Shown here in pieces: positions 10,501-21,099 of a DNA stretch of 64,000 nucleotides. The DNA comes from Microcoleus sp. (lineage in GTDB: Bacteria; Cyanobacteriota; Cyanobacteriia; Cyanobacteriales; Microcoleaceae). Made by a program: the position numbers and the translations under genes. Where the stretch lies: contig JAYFMW010000006.1 of NCBI GenBank assembly GCA_042408215.1, positions 1 through 64,000 on the forward strand, in the 5' to 3' direction. Numbering within the stretch: the stretch's first letter is position 1; each line of letters starts with the position of its first letter. Under the pieces are notes generated by a model. That model ran no database searches, was not told the DNA's origin, and saw only the letters and a program-made list of their open reading frames with translations.

Positions 10501-10605
10501 ATATTGTTTCTGGTTGCATCGGAATGATTTAACCGCAGAGAACACAGAGGACACAGAGGGAGAGAATACAGAGATGAATAATTCAGATGCTACCGGATTT
10601 GATAT
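10501..10605. mobile_element. Small MITE-like element related to 6481-6611
   Basis: Ends TGGTTGCATCGG...GATGCTACCGGATTTGATAT; it supplies the stop codon of the Uma2 gene. Confidence 0.55.
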
Positions 10606-11203
10606 TACTCGATTCCACTATTTTCGGTTCGGTACTAAAGCCTGGTTTGAGCCAGCCAAAAACTTCGCCTAAAGTTAACTGCATTTCGCCCATAAATTCG
10701 GGAACCGGTAGTATATCTGTCGGTTCTTGCAATGAAATCGGCTGCTGCCTTGCGGGATAGGCTAAAATGTTTTTTTCATCGGGATCGAGCAACCAACCCA
10801 TCTGACAACCGGCATTCAAACAGTGCAAAATATTGTTTGTGACTTTGGTTTGGCTTTGGGCTGGGGACAAAATTTCTATTGTCCAGTCTGGGTGAGCATT
10901 AAATGTATTGGCAATTTCGCCGTCAGCGTCTAGGGGAATGCGATTCCAAACAAAAATCGCGACATCGGGGACAATAGAACGTCCGCCAAAGGTGCAGCGA
11001 AGTTCTGGAAATGCCCAAGCAATCCGCTGAGGTTTGCCCACTGCATTAACCGTCGTGATGAGTTCTCCCTGAATTGTGCTGTGTTTTCCTTGTGGCATAG
11101 GTTTTTGTAAAATGACACCGTTGATGTATTCCCTAGCGGGTTTGGTTTCTGGGAGTTGCAAAAACTCCTCCAGGGTGATAGTTTTTTGAGGAGCTTGTAC
11201 CAT
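10583..11203 (-). CDS. Uma2-family (DUF820) PD-(D/E)XK endonuclease
   Basis: ITLEEFLQLPETKPA, PELRC, VPDVA, PDWTIEILSP. True start is MVQAPQ; the longer ORF only extends through a repeat array. Confidence 0.9.
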   Translation of the reverse strand: MVQAPQKTITLEEFLQLPETKPAREYINGVILQKPMPQGKHSTIQGELITTVNAVGKPQRIAWAFPELRCTFGGRSIVPDVAIFVWNRIPLDADGEIANTFNAHPDWTIEILSPAQSQTKVTNNILHCLNAGCQMGWLLDPDEKNILAYPARQQPISLQEPTDILPVPEFMGEMQLTLGEVFGWLKPGFSTEPKIVESSNIKSGSI

Positions 11204-11271
11204 ATCGCGATCGCTCGTTTGAAGTGTGTTGCGGTAACAGTTCCAGTATATAGCAGTTGACAGTTGACAGT

Positions 11272-11487
11272 GACTAATGGTAGGGTGCGTCGCTATGAGA
11301 TTGTCTATTTTTTTGAGGGATTCTTTGTGGCGACGCACCCTAGGACTAATGGTAGGGTGCGTCGCTATGAGATTGTCTATTTTTTTGAGGGATTCTTTGT
11401 GGCGACGCACCCTAGGACTAATGGTAAGGTGCGTCGCTATGAGATTGTCTATTTTTTTGAGGGATTCTTTGTGGCGACGCACCCTAC
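11272..11487. repeat. 3 x 72-bp tandem REP doublets (GTAGGGTGCGTCGC...GCGACGCACCCTA)
   Basis: Units at 11272, 11344 and 11416, near-identical. Confidence 0.9.
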
Positions 11488-11539
11488 GACTTTTTGACAT
11501 CCGTTACATCCGTTACCAAATCCGTTGCCGAACTTCCTT

Positions 11540-13108
11540 ATGTCAAACAAGATAATTCAAGCAATTAAATCGAGTGGTATTTTAGGGGCGATCGCCTCTT
11601 TGACTGTCCTCTTATTTGGCGGTTGGAGTGGCACCGTTATCGGCTGGCTGATGGGTACGGCCGCGGGCTTGATCGCTGGTCAGGAACAGAAGGTTTACAG
11701 CCCGAAAATGGGTGCAACAATCGGCTGTTTAGCGGGACTGGGATTGGGAGTTTGGCTGTTAGCTGCTAGTGTGGTAGAAGGGGTTTTGATTAGACCTTTT
11801 TCTGGTCAATCTACTGTGGATTTGCCGACTACGTTGCTGTACGGAATTTCCAGTTTGGCGATCGCAACTTTTACCGCTACATTAATGGGTGCTCTACAAG
11901 GTTTACCAAACGAACCTCAGCGATTGGCAACTTTGGTGACATTAGCTTTTATTCTAATTCTGTTTCCGTTCATTGATATTCAGGCTAAAACTGGTTGGAT
12001 TGCGACTGTAGTACAGATTCAAATCTTTATTATGTTGGCGCTGGGTTTGAATATTACTGTGGGTTTTGCGGGTTTGTTGGATTTGGGATATGCGGCGTTT
12101 TTTGCGATCGGGGCTTACACGACGGCTTTGCTATCTTCTGGACAGGTAAATATTGCTTGGAATTTTTGGATAGTTTTACCGATCGCCGCCGGTGTAGCTG
12201 GTATATCGGGCGTAATCCTGGGTATTCCGACACTGCGGCTCAAGGGCGATTATTTGGCGATCGTCACCCTCGGTTTTGGCGAAATTATCCCGGTTGTGTT
12301 TAGAAATTTAACGGCGATTCGGATCGATGAACCAGTCTCAAAGATTGTGGCGGCTGTTTTGGGTAAACCAGAGTTGGTGTTATGTCTCGTTGGGTGCGAT
12401 CGACCTTTCAACCTCACCGGCGGCGAAGCAGGAATTAACCCGATCGGGCGTCCATCTCTCCCCATCATCGGCACTTTTAGTACCGGCAACTACTTTCCCT
12501 GGTACTACCTAATTTTACTATTAGTGGTCTTCGCATACTTCATGATTTCGAGGCTGCGAGATTCCCGCTTGGGGAGGGCCTGGAATGCCATGCGCGAAGA
12601 TGAATTAGCGGCTAGTGCAATGGGCATTAACATCGTCAAAACCAAACTTTCGGCTTTTGCGATGGGAGCGACCTTTTCGGGGTTTGCCGGCGCGTTTTAC
12701 GCCGCTTATATCAGCGCCATTTTTCCCAGCGTCTTCGATTTTTCCGTCTCGGTCATCATCCTGTGTATGGTAATTTTAGGAGGCTTGGGCAACATGACCG
12801 GGGTAATTTTGGGCGCTATCATTATCATGTCTGCCGATCGACTTTATCTACCCCAACTAGCACAAGTCCTCAAAGGTTTTCTGAATACTTTTGTAATACC
12901 TAGGATTGCAAATCCTCAGTTGCAAGACTTTCTCGCTACCAGTTTAGACCCGATTCAAATGCGTTTATTTCTATTCGGTCTAACTTTAGTTGTGATGATG
13001 ATTGTGCGGCCAGAAGGGCTAATTCCTGATAAAATTCATCAAGCTGAATTGCATTCTGAGGATGAGCCGATTAATGAGTCTTTAGCAGATTCAATAATTC
13101 AATACTAA
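11540..13108 (+). CDS. livM: Branched-chain amino acid ABC permease
   Basis: ALGLNITVGFAGLLDLGYAAFFAIGAY, LRLKGDYLAIVTLGFGEI. Confidence 0.93.
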   Translation: MSNKIIQAIKSSGILGAIASLTVLLFGGWSGTVIGWLMGTAAGLIAGQEQKVYSPKMGATIGCLAGLGLGVWLLAASVVEGVLIRPFSGQSTVDLPTTLLYGISSLAIATFTATLMGALQGLPNEPQRLATLVTLAFILILFPFIDIQAKTGWIATVVQIQIFIMLALGLNITVGFAGLLDLGYAAFFAIGAYTTALLSSGQVNIAWNFWIVLPIAAGVAGISGVILGIPTLRLKGDYLAIVTLGFGEIIPVVFRNLTAIRIDEPVSKIVAAVLGKPELVLCLVGCDRPFNLTGGEAGINPIGRPSLPIIGTFSTGNYFPWYYLILLLVVFAYFMISRLRDSRLGRAWNAMREDELAASAMGINIVKTKLSAFAMGATFSGFAGAFYAAYISAIFPSVFDFSVSVIILCMVILGGLGNMTGVILGAIIIMSADRLYLPQLAQVLKGFLNTFVIPRIANPQLQDFLATSLDPIQMRLFLFGLTLVVMMIVRPEGLIPDKIHQAELHSEDEPINESLADSIIQY

Positions 13109-13362
13109 GGTGGGAAATATAGCGATTAAAAATGTAACTTGCAATGCTAATCTCAAGCTTTTGTAGAGATGTAGGGGTGAAGCAGTTGGGCGACAATTCA
13201 TGTTAAAAACCTTTGATTTTATACCCAAATGCTTCACCCTCCCCAGTCGGAACTCGCTCACACTCCTACGCGATATTTTATTTTTTGGAGATGTCTAATA
13301 GACAATCATCAAAAATATTACTGGTTTACCGCCCGATCGCCTGACAACTTTCGGCATTGCTA

Positions 13363-13606
13363 GTACCCTAGAAAATGCAGTAGGGTGCGTCAGTCAAGAA
13401 ATTTGACTCAACTCAAACAATTTGCTGCTGACGCACCTTACCACAACAAAAACGATCGAACTTTGTCTGTACCCTAGAAAATGCAGTAGGGTGCGTCAGT
13501 CAAGAAATTTGACTCAACTCAAACAATTTGCTGCTGACGCACCTTACCAGAGCAAAAACGATCGCACTTTGTCTGTACCCTAGAAAATGCAGTAGGGTGC
13601 GTCAGT
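13363..13606. repeat. 106-bp tandem REP doublets (two complete plus the left half of a third)
   Basis: Units at 13363, 13469 and 13575; GTAGGGTGCGTCAG...CTGACGCACCTTAC. Confidence 0.85.
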
Positions 13607-13634
13607 GATTTCCTGAACAATCGCAAACCATTTA

Positions 13635-14342
13635 TTAGGTCAAGCGAATTCGTAAAGAATCAATAAGACCATGTTTAGCCAACCAATCTTTTACCTCTGG
13701 CGTTAAAAGTCCCAGGGTAGCACCCTCATTAGCAGCCACTCTCAGAAAACGAAGCACTGCTTCAGGAACCTCATCAGAATTTAAGCCCTCCCAGCACTGC
13801 TTTAATTGCTCAATTAGCCGATCGACTTTCTCAAAATCCTCACTGCTTTGGGGAATTGAGTTTGAGTCCTGAATTTGCGAATCTAAACTTCTAATCCGTT
13901 GGACAGTTGGCTTAAATGCCGAAACTTTATCCAATAAATTTAGGATTTCATTATTAGTGCTGGGCCGATTTTGATTTCGGTAGCGTCGCCAAGCTTGACT
14001 CAGTTGATCTTCCAGTGCTTTTTGCAATTGTTCTATCCTAGATTTAAACGACCTATTATTAAAATTTTGATTGTCTATAATCCACTCAGGATCTTCTTGA
14101 AATTCTGCCTTAACATTAGCAATAATTTTCAGCAGATCCTCAGCTTTTTGAGTTAAATTAAAATTGGTAATTCCTTTTTTACGAAAAGCTCTCAAAGATT
14201 GAACGAGAGGTAGAGTTCTAGTCACAGCTTGCTCGATTTGTTCTTGTCTTGATTTAAAACCTTCAAGATTGGTTGCATACCTCTGAAGATTAATTTTATT
14301 TTGAGATAACTCAATCAGTTGAGTGGATTTTTCGAGAAGCAT
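13635..14342 (-). CDS. Helical protein, DpdI-like by position downstream of dpdH
   Basis: 235-aa ORF starting 5 nt after the dpdH stop; assignment rests on synteny only. Confidence 0.55.
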   Translation of the reverse strand: MLLEKSTQLIELSQNKINLQRYATNLEGFKSRQEQIEQAVTRTLPLVQSLRAFRKKGITNFNLTQKAEDLLKIIANVKAEFQEDPEWIIDNQNFNNRSFKSRIEQLQKALEDQLSQAWRRYRNQNRPSTNNEILNLLDKVSAFKPTVQRIRSLDSQIQDSNSIPQSSEDFEKVDRLIEQLKQCWEGLNSDEVPEAVLRFLRVAANEGATLGLLTPEVKDWLAKHGLIDSLRIRLT

Positions 14343-14347
14343 ATTAT

Positions 14348-17282
14348 CTATCCTTTAATTTCAGTAATTAGATTTCGCAGTTTAGCCAATCCATCTTGAA
14401 TAGCCCTATGGCAAGATTCTACTGTTGCACCACCAGACACTTCTAAATGTTCAATTTGGTTATTCACCTCGGTTAGAGAAGCATCAAGAAAATTGTTAGT
14501 GTTCCCGATAAATTCCGAGCCCTCAATCATTGCTTTTTGATGATTTTCGCTGAGATACTTAAGCAGCTTCCCCGGTTTACTATCTGGATGATCTTTCTCA
14601 GTTTGCACGCGCTTCATTGTTTCTAAATAGCTAGAAATCCCAACTCGTTTAAACTGTTCCAATACTGATTTTAGGTCATCGACACTCTTTCTGCCGCGAA
14701 ATACACCAGCTTCTTGTGAGCGATCGATCGCCTGTTTTACTAAATCGATAACCTCCTTTTTTTTAATATCTTCCCCTAATTCAGATATGAGAGAATTATA
14801 AACAGCAAGTTGGCGATCGCACTCTTCCTGAATGGCTTTTTCTAGCAGTTCATCCGCAGCTTGACGCGCTTTATCAATTTCGGGAAACTTCTCTCGAACA
14901 TCAGCCGGAATTTCACATTGAGGTTGCCAAGATTTGCTAACCTGCTTCAAAGGTTCAAGAATTTGTACAACATCAATAATCTGAAATTGTTTAGAACTTC
15001 CTTTTGTGCAAGCCGTGCGACTTTTAACAATTTCTAGTAAAGATTCGCGGTGTTTTTGCAAGCTATTAAATAGCTTTTTCCAGGTAGCTGAACGATTTTC
15101 TAAATCTTTGGCTTCTAAATCCAGAAACAAACTATTAATCAAATCTTCAATCGAATTTGTAGGATGTCCTGCCATTGTTGCGGCGATCGCCAGTAGCTCA
15201 ACTGCCGCTGGTACAGGGTTCCAGGGTTCCCCAGACTCGCGGGGATACAGGCGAATCTGGTCAACAACATACTGACTCCATTTTTCCAGTTGTTTGGCGT
15301 AGGTGCGAAAGTAGCGATCGCCCTTGGGGAACTTCCAATGCTTGTAATGGTTGTATTGTAAAATGCCTTGGAAGGCGATCGCGCTTTCTCGAAACTCATC
15401 AGGATCGTCAGGATTAATAGGAAGAGATAGTTTAACTCCAGAAATCGTCTCTCTCGTAACTTTTGGACTGTAAAAAATTAAGTTTCGGCGCTTAAAGTAT
15501 TGACTATCACTAGCAGCAAAACTCCCCTGAAGTAGCATTTCTGTATCCCATTCTATCCGCTAAACAATAGCTGAGTAAATCAACGGTCGCAGTTCTCCAC
15601 CGATATCTTGCGGGAGAATTTCTTGGTTGTTCCAGCTATCAAGAATTTGCAGTTGTTTAGTCAGTTTGTCTGGAATTTGTGCGGTTGTTGTCTGATTTTT
15701 TCCAGGTTGAGATTGTGGCTCAAGTTGATAATTACTAACTGAAGACCTAGACTCTTTAGCACGCGGAAATAACCGTGAAGTTTTTGTCGGCTGAACCTTC
15801 ACGCCAAGTGCAGGAATCTCAAATGCCGTGTGAACTTCTGAATTTAAGTCACAAAGATCGTTACTATCCGTCCACAAGTCGATGAGAATTTGGCGGCGAT
15901 CGTAGTTTTGTGAATCTTTGGCCTTAATATCTGCTTGCAGCATTGCACTCAGTCGCATTTTGCCAAAGTGTTCCCGCAGAGAGATAGAAGGAAAATTTCC
16001 TCGCTCAATATCAGCGACTGAATTTTCTAGCGTCCATTTTAGAACATCTTTAATTAAAATGCGGGGGTTAAAATCTTGAGGATTTACTCTAGCAAGCATC
16101 TGTTCTAATGCCTTCGGAGTGAACGGATACAAACCAAAACCGTCCGCTTCTCCAAAGCCTGCATGACAATCTCGTTGATGTTCGCATTCATTGCAAGCAC
16201 TTGTAAGTAATTTTCTTTCTGAGTCTTCCTCTGTTGTGATAAAATTAGCCCAGTTGCGAATTGTTTGATCTTCTAAGCGAACAGCATTGAGGTATCTGGC
16301 AACGAATTTTTGGATATCTCCCTGAGTAATTAAAGATTGTTCGCCAACTGTACCGATATCGAGATTGACGCTGAATGTAACGCGAGTTCGCACAGTGTCA
16401 ATTAAACTTTGGAAATAACCTGTAGTGCAGGCTAATCCTGTTCGGATCGGACATAATTGTTTGCGTCCGGGTTGTTGAGGCCGTGCTAAAACTGCTTCTA
16501 AAACTTCGCGGTCGATTCCTTGAAATTTGGCAAAGTCTTCAATCAGTAAAACTAATTCTACTTCCTCTGTTCGGCTAGAGTTTCGCGAACTTCTCGCATT
16601 AATCTTTGCAAGTCTTCCCGTCCGAGGCTCAAAACTCTGAGCGATCGCTTCATCTAAATGTCGGTTCAACCAATGTACAGTTGCCTTTTGGATATCCTCA
16701 TTGCCGATTAACAAGCTGTAAAAATCCTGCGATTTCTTCCCAGCTTTTGGCAAGTCTAAAATATTTAGAGGCAAGTCCTCAAGGGAAAATTGCCGCCGTT
16801 CTTCAACGATTTCTACCGTATCTCGATCTCCAAAAATATGGATAACTAACTTATGAATAATACCTCCATCTTTTAGCCAGTGTTCTAGGAAAAATGGATC
16901 GTAGAGTAGAGAGTCAACAACATCAACAAGGTAATTTTCCTCATCAGAAAGTTTAGTGCGATCGCGCCTACCGTTGGGGCCAACCGCAGCAGCAAGCTGA
17001 TTCAGAAGTTGTTCCCGCGCTTGCGCTTCTGTTAAGGTGCTAGTGGCTCGATTTAGGCGTTTTCGATATTCATCAAAGCTCGCTCCTTCCATCCCTTCTA
17101 ATATTAAGCTGATAATATCTTTGAGATTTGTTCCAATTTTGGGAATCAGCAAAACTCGGCGCTTGTCGGTCGATTTTATATTGGCTGCTAACCAGCGAAT
17201 GAGGTGAGATTTTCCCGTTCCCGAACTTCCTAAAACTGGTACAAATGCGAAATCTTTTTCAGCGAGAAAGTCTTTCAGAAAT
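14348..17282 (-). pseudogene. dpdH: DpdH-like P-loop ATPase, 5'-truncated, with internal TAG at 15560-15562
   Basis: Frame is open upstream of 17152: FLKDFLAEKDFAFVPVLGSSGTGKSHLIRWL (Walker A). LVLLIEDF (Walker B), GLYPF, FNPR follow. Continues in frame past IV*RIEWD into 14348..15538. Confidence 0.75.
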
Positions 17283-17759
17283 CAGTCCTGTCATCCCGCG
17301 ACTGACAGCGCGTTGTTGGATGAGACACTGGACAAAAGCTAAACGTCGATCGTGAAAGTAGGGCGTTTCCTGACCTTTCATCGCTAGAGTTTCGATGGGC
17401 TCGTCGATGGGTAGGTTACAACGAACGTAAATTTTCTGTTCAGCCACTAATGCTATCTTTTTATCGGGTAGATCGATTCGATACTGACCTTTGTCTTCGT
17501 CCCAGTCAAAAATTCGGCCAATTATCCATGTATCCTGGCTTTCTGGCTGGATGTAGCATCGTGTCTGAGGCGGGAGTTGAACTCTATAAAGCGAAGTTAA
17601 GGGTAAGGTTTTTTCAAGGCGTTGCCCGATCGAGCAGAAGTATTCAACCGTTGCTGTAGAGTAGGATAGCTCGGTAACTTTTCCGATTCCTAAGTCGTTG
17701 TTTGGCGATTTTTCTGCGGAGACGCTTCGCGATCGCACCAGCAAACCAAGCTTTATCAT
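17259..17759 (-). pseudogene. dpdE: N-terminal fragment of DpdE-like SF2 helicase
   Basis: LGIGKV...VEYFCS...QTRCY...YVRCNLPI.EPIETLA...ETPYFHDRR...QRAVSRGMTGLIS; ends just before the expected helicase core. Confidence 0.7.
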
Positions 17760-18054
17760 AGTTCCGGCCTCAACACTACCCCTTACTAGAGTAGCCGATC
17801 GCCCGTGACCAAATATCAGTGTAATTTAATTTTCCAGTCTTTTTGTCCTTAAACTGAAGGGGGAACCTTAAACCGAAACGCAGTCATGAAGCTTAGCCCA
17901 AGACTTTCTGTAACGAATTCCGATGCCCAAATCTTTCCGTGTCGTAACGAGCATCGCACCACTGCCAAGCTGACGCACTTTAACAGAGCAGATTTGGTAT
18001 TATATAGAATCCGACCTCTAACAGCTTAACCAATATTATAAATATAGAACCAAA

Positions 18055-18834
18055 ATGTCATTATTAGAAGCACAACAACTTACCATGCGATTCGGCGGCT
18101 TGACTGCGGTAAATCAGGTCAGCTTAACTTTGGAAAAAGGGTCGATCGCCAGTTTAATTGGCCCTAACGGTGCCGGCAAAACCACATTCTTTAATATGCT
18201 GACCGGCATCTACAAACCCACTGCGGGCCAGTTGGTACTTGAAAATAAAAATATTACCGGTTTCCCGCCCGATCGCCTGACAACTTTCGGCATTGCTAGA
18301 ACTTTTCAAAATATCCGCTTGTTTAACAACATGACTGTGCTGGATAATGTTTTAGTAGGTAGACACTGCCGATTAAAAACAGGTTTGTTGGGTGCAATCC
18401 TCCGCCCTCCAACTGCGATTTTGGAGGAACGGGAAGCTAAGAAAAAAGCCTTGAGTATGCTGGATTTTGTTGGTTTAGGTGCTTCTAAAGCGCCGGAGTT
18501 CGCAAAAAACCTTTCCTACGGCGACCAGCGTAGATTGGAAATTGCGAGGGCTTTGGCCTCTGACCCGAAAGTTTTGCTTTTGGATGAACCGACTGCGGGA
18601 ATGAATCCGAACGAAACGGCTGATTTAACTCGCTTTATTTACCGGATTCGCGATGAGTTGGATTTGAGTATTTTGCTAATTGAACACGACATGAAAGTGG
18701 TGATGGGAATTAGCGATCGCGTGAGTGTTATGGAGTACGGTACTAAAATTGCGGAGGGAACTCCCGATGAAGTTCGCGCTAATCCTCGCGTGATTGAAGC
18801 CTATTTGGGAAAAGAAGAAGATGGCAATGGGTAA
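18055..18834 (+). CDS. livG: Branched-chain amino acid ABC ATPase
   Basis: GPNGAGKTT, ARTFQNIRLF, LSYGDQRRLEIARAL, VIEAYLG. Confidence 0.95.
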   Translation: MSLLEAQQLTMRFGGLTAVNQVSLTLEKGSIASLIGPNGAGKTTFFNMLTGIYKPTAGQLVLENKNITGFPPDRLTTFGIARTFQNIRLFNNMTVLDNVLVGRHCRLKTGLLGAILRPPTAILEEREAKKKALSMLDFVGLGASKAPEFAKNLSYGDQRRLEIARALASDPKVLLLDEPTAGMNPNETADLTRFIYRIRDELDLSILLIEHDMKVVMGISDRVSVMEYGTKIAEGTPDEVRANPRVIEAYLGKEEDGNG

Positions 18835-18887
18835 TAGGGTAAGGTGCGCCCATAAGCACCCTACCCGATCGATCTTTTGGATTATTC

Positions 18888-19724
18888 CTAAACTTTTGAT
18901 TGGATTTCAGACAATTTATTCTGAAGTTTTTTCCCCTTCACCAGGAAACCTAAAAAGATGGCACTGCCTAATATGGTGCTGGCTTCTGGAACCGCTTCCG
19001 CTTCTGCCTCTGCGATGTTGTTCTTGACTTCTACTAATCTTAAGTTAGTGGCGCTGTCAAAAGTCCGCGAATACACTCCAGAAGTATAAACTACGCTTTC
19101 TTTTGCATTGCCTTCAGCAAGAAAAGCCAAATTAATTTGTGTGGGATTAAAGCTGTCGCTGTATGACAAACTCAAATCACCGCGCTTAAAAGAGTGCAAA
19201 CTGCCGCCCAGTTCAAAGGAGTCTAAAAGAATGTTAGAAACAGTGTCAATCAACAAAAAAGATAGATTTCCCTGGGCGCTGGCGCGTTCGGATTGGCGGT
19301 TGTCAACCGATGTAAAAAGATGTAAAACTGTCTGGAAAGTGAAGGAAAAAGTTTCTTGGGGATCGAGGTCGAAATCACCGAGAATTGCTGCTTGACTTTG
19401 GGCTAAACCGGAGTATTTACTGCCGTCACCTTGGACTGTACTCTCCGAGAGATTTGCGGCAAGTAATTGTTGGCAGTTAGATAGAAAAACTGCATTAGCA
19501 TTCGCTGCGCTAATGACTGCACCTTTGTTAGCGATTGTCTGAGCGTAAGTGTTAGTAGATGTACCAGTCTCAGTCGGTCGATGACTGAAGTTGTCAATGC
19601 TGACTTCTGCCGCAGAACCTGCTATAATCGCAGCACTGCTGGGCGCAATGCCTACACTCAAGCCTGTTACTAAAGGAGTTGCAAATAAAACTGCGATCGA
19701 GCCAATACCATGATTTATTTTCAT
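18888..19724 (-). CDS. Secreted PEP-CTERM-like sorting domain protein
   Basis: N-terminal signal peptide; C-terminal VPEASTILG, TM helix and basic tail. Confidence 0.8.
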   Translation of the reverse strand: MKINHGIGSIAVLFATPLVTGLSVGIAPSSAAIIAGSAAEVSIDNFSHRPTETGTSTNTYAQTIANKGAVISAANANAVFLSNCQQLLAANLSESTVQGDGSKYSGLAQSQAAILGDFDLDPQETFSFTFQTVLHLFTSVDNRQSERASAQGNLSFLLIDTVSNILLDSFELGGSLHSFKRGDLSLSYSDSFNPTQINLAFLAEGNAKESVVYTSGVYSRTFDSATNLRLVEVKNNIAEAEAEAVPEASTILGSAIFLGFLVKGKKLQNKLSEIQSKV

Positions 19725-20012
19725 GTTAAGTCTCCTTAAATTTTCTAAATTTTAAGTAATCAGGACTTACGGAAAGCCTAGGTGTCATCCTGAGTGCAGC
19801 GAAGCATCTCGCTCGTTGCTTCGCTTCCCTTGCGAATGACATAATTACGTTGAAATCCGTAAATCCTGTAATGTTAATTTTGGAATTAGTAGTGCTTAGC
19901 TTTCCTTTACTTATTAATACTATCTATTTACTTAGAGGTTTATGTAAAGATACAGTCAAGATCTCCGTGTTTTTCTTAAAGTTTATGTAAAGTTAGCCCA
20001 GCCAGAGTAATT

Positions 20013-20720
20013 ATGCTAGAAATCAAAGACATTCACACCTACTACGGAAATATCCACGCCCTCAAAGGAGTGTCGTTAACGGTTAAGGAGGGAGAAGTTG
20101 TGACATTAATCGGTAGCAACGGGGCCGGGAAAACTACAACTCTCCGCACGATTCAAGGGCTGCTGCGTCCGCGCCAAGGTACTGTGTTATTTGAAGGGAA
20201 GCCTTTGGAATCGCTGTCTACAGAGGCGATCGTCCGTTTGGGGATTTCTCAAAGTCCAGAAGGGCGGCTAATTTTCCCGCGAATGACAGTACAAGAAAAC
20301 CTAGAAATGGGTGCTTATCTCCGTAATGATACTCTCGGTATCAAATCAGACATGGAAAAAGCATTAAATTTATTTCCCCGTTTGCGAGAAAGAATTAGTC
20401 AAAAAGGCGGTACTCTCAGCGGCGGTGAACAGCAAATGTTGGCGATCGCCCGCGCTTTGATGTCGCGCCCCCGTTTGCTATTATTGGACGAACCGAGTAT
20501 GGGACTCGCACCGATGTTAGTCAGTCAAATTTTTGCGATCGTCCGCGACATTAACGCCCAAGGAACAACTATTTTACTGGTAGAACAAAACGCGCGTATG
20601 GCTTTAAGTGTAGCTCACCGCGGCTATGTCATCCAAACTGGTCAAGTTGTAGTCACCGGTACTGCTAGGGATTTGCAGTCAAATGAAACTGTTCGTAAAG
20701 CATATTTAGGGGAAAATTAA
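20013..20720 (+). CDS. livF: Branched-chain amino acid ABC ATPase
   Basis: [40 protein letters not shown]. Confidence 0.95.
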   Translation: MLEIKDIHTYYGNIHALKGVSLTVKEGEVVTLIGSNGAGKTTTLRTIQGLLRPRQGTVLFEGKPLESLSTEAIVRLGISQSPEGRLIFPRMTVQENLEMGAYLRNDTLGIKSDMEKALNLFPRLRERISQKGGTLSGGEQQMLAIARALMSRPRLLLLDEPSMGLAPMLVSQIFAIVRDINAQGTTILLVEQNARMALSVAHRGYVIQTGQVVVTGTARDLQSNETVRKAYLGEN

Positions 20721-20730
20721 ATATGGCATT

Positions 20731-20842
20731 AGGCCTTGGGCCTTGGGCCTTGGGCCTTGGGCCTTGGGCCTTGGGCCTTGGGGAATTGGGAATTGGGAAT
20801 TGGGAATTGGGAATTGGGAATTGGTAATTGGTAATTGGTAAT
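20731..20842. repeat. Heptamer tracts (GGCCTTG)n, (GGGAATT)n, (GGTAATT)n
   Basis: Direct inspection. Confidence 0.9.
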
Positions 20843-21099
20843 AAAAACCGGGTGTTAAGTAGGTAAGTGGAAAAAAACAATAATAGAAGATCGCCAATTG
20901 TAGGGGTGGGTTTAGTTAGGGTTTATAGTACCAGCGAGTTGACTCATTCAAAACCCACCCTCTCCTCATGTTATGTTTATTTGTACCCACTTTATATCAA
21001 AGTCCGGTGGCATCCTTACCGCATGGGGGGGGCGGGTTTACGAGATATTTAGTTTTCAACAATTATGGTTGGTAAAACCCGCCCCTACAGGATTTATGT

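Noticed and set aside
11204..11500. N-terminal extension of Uma2 and overlapping repeat ORFs
   Set aside because: Artefact of an open frame through the 72-bp array; the family start is at 11203.
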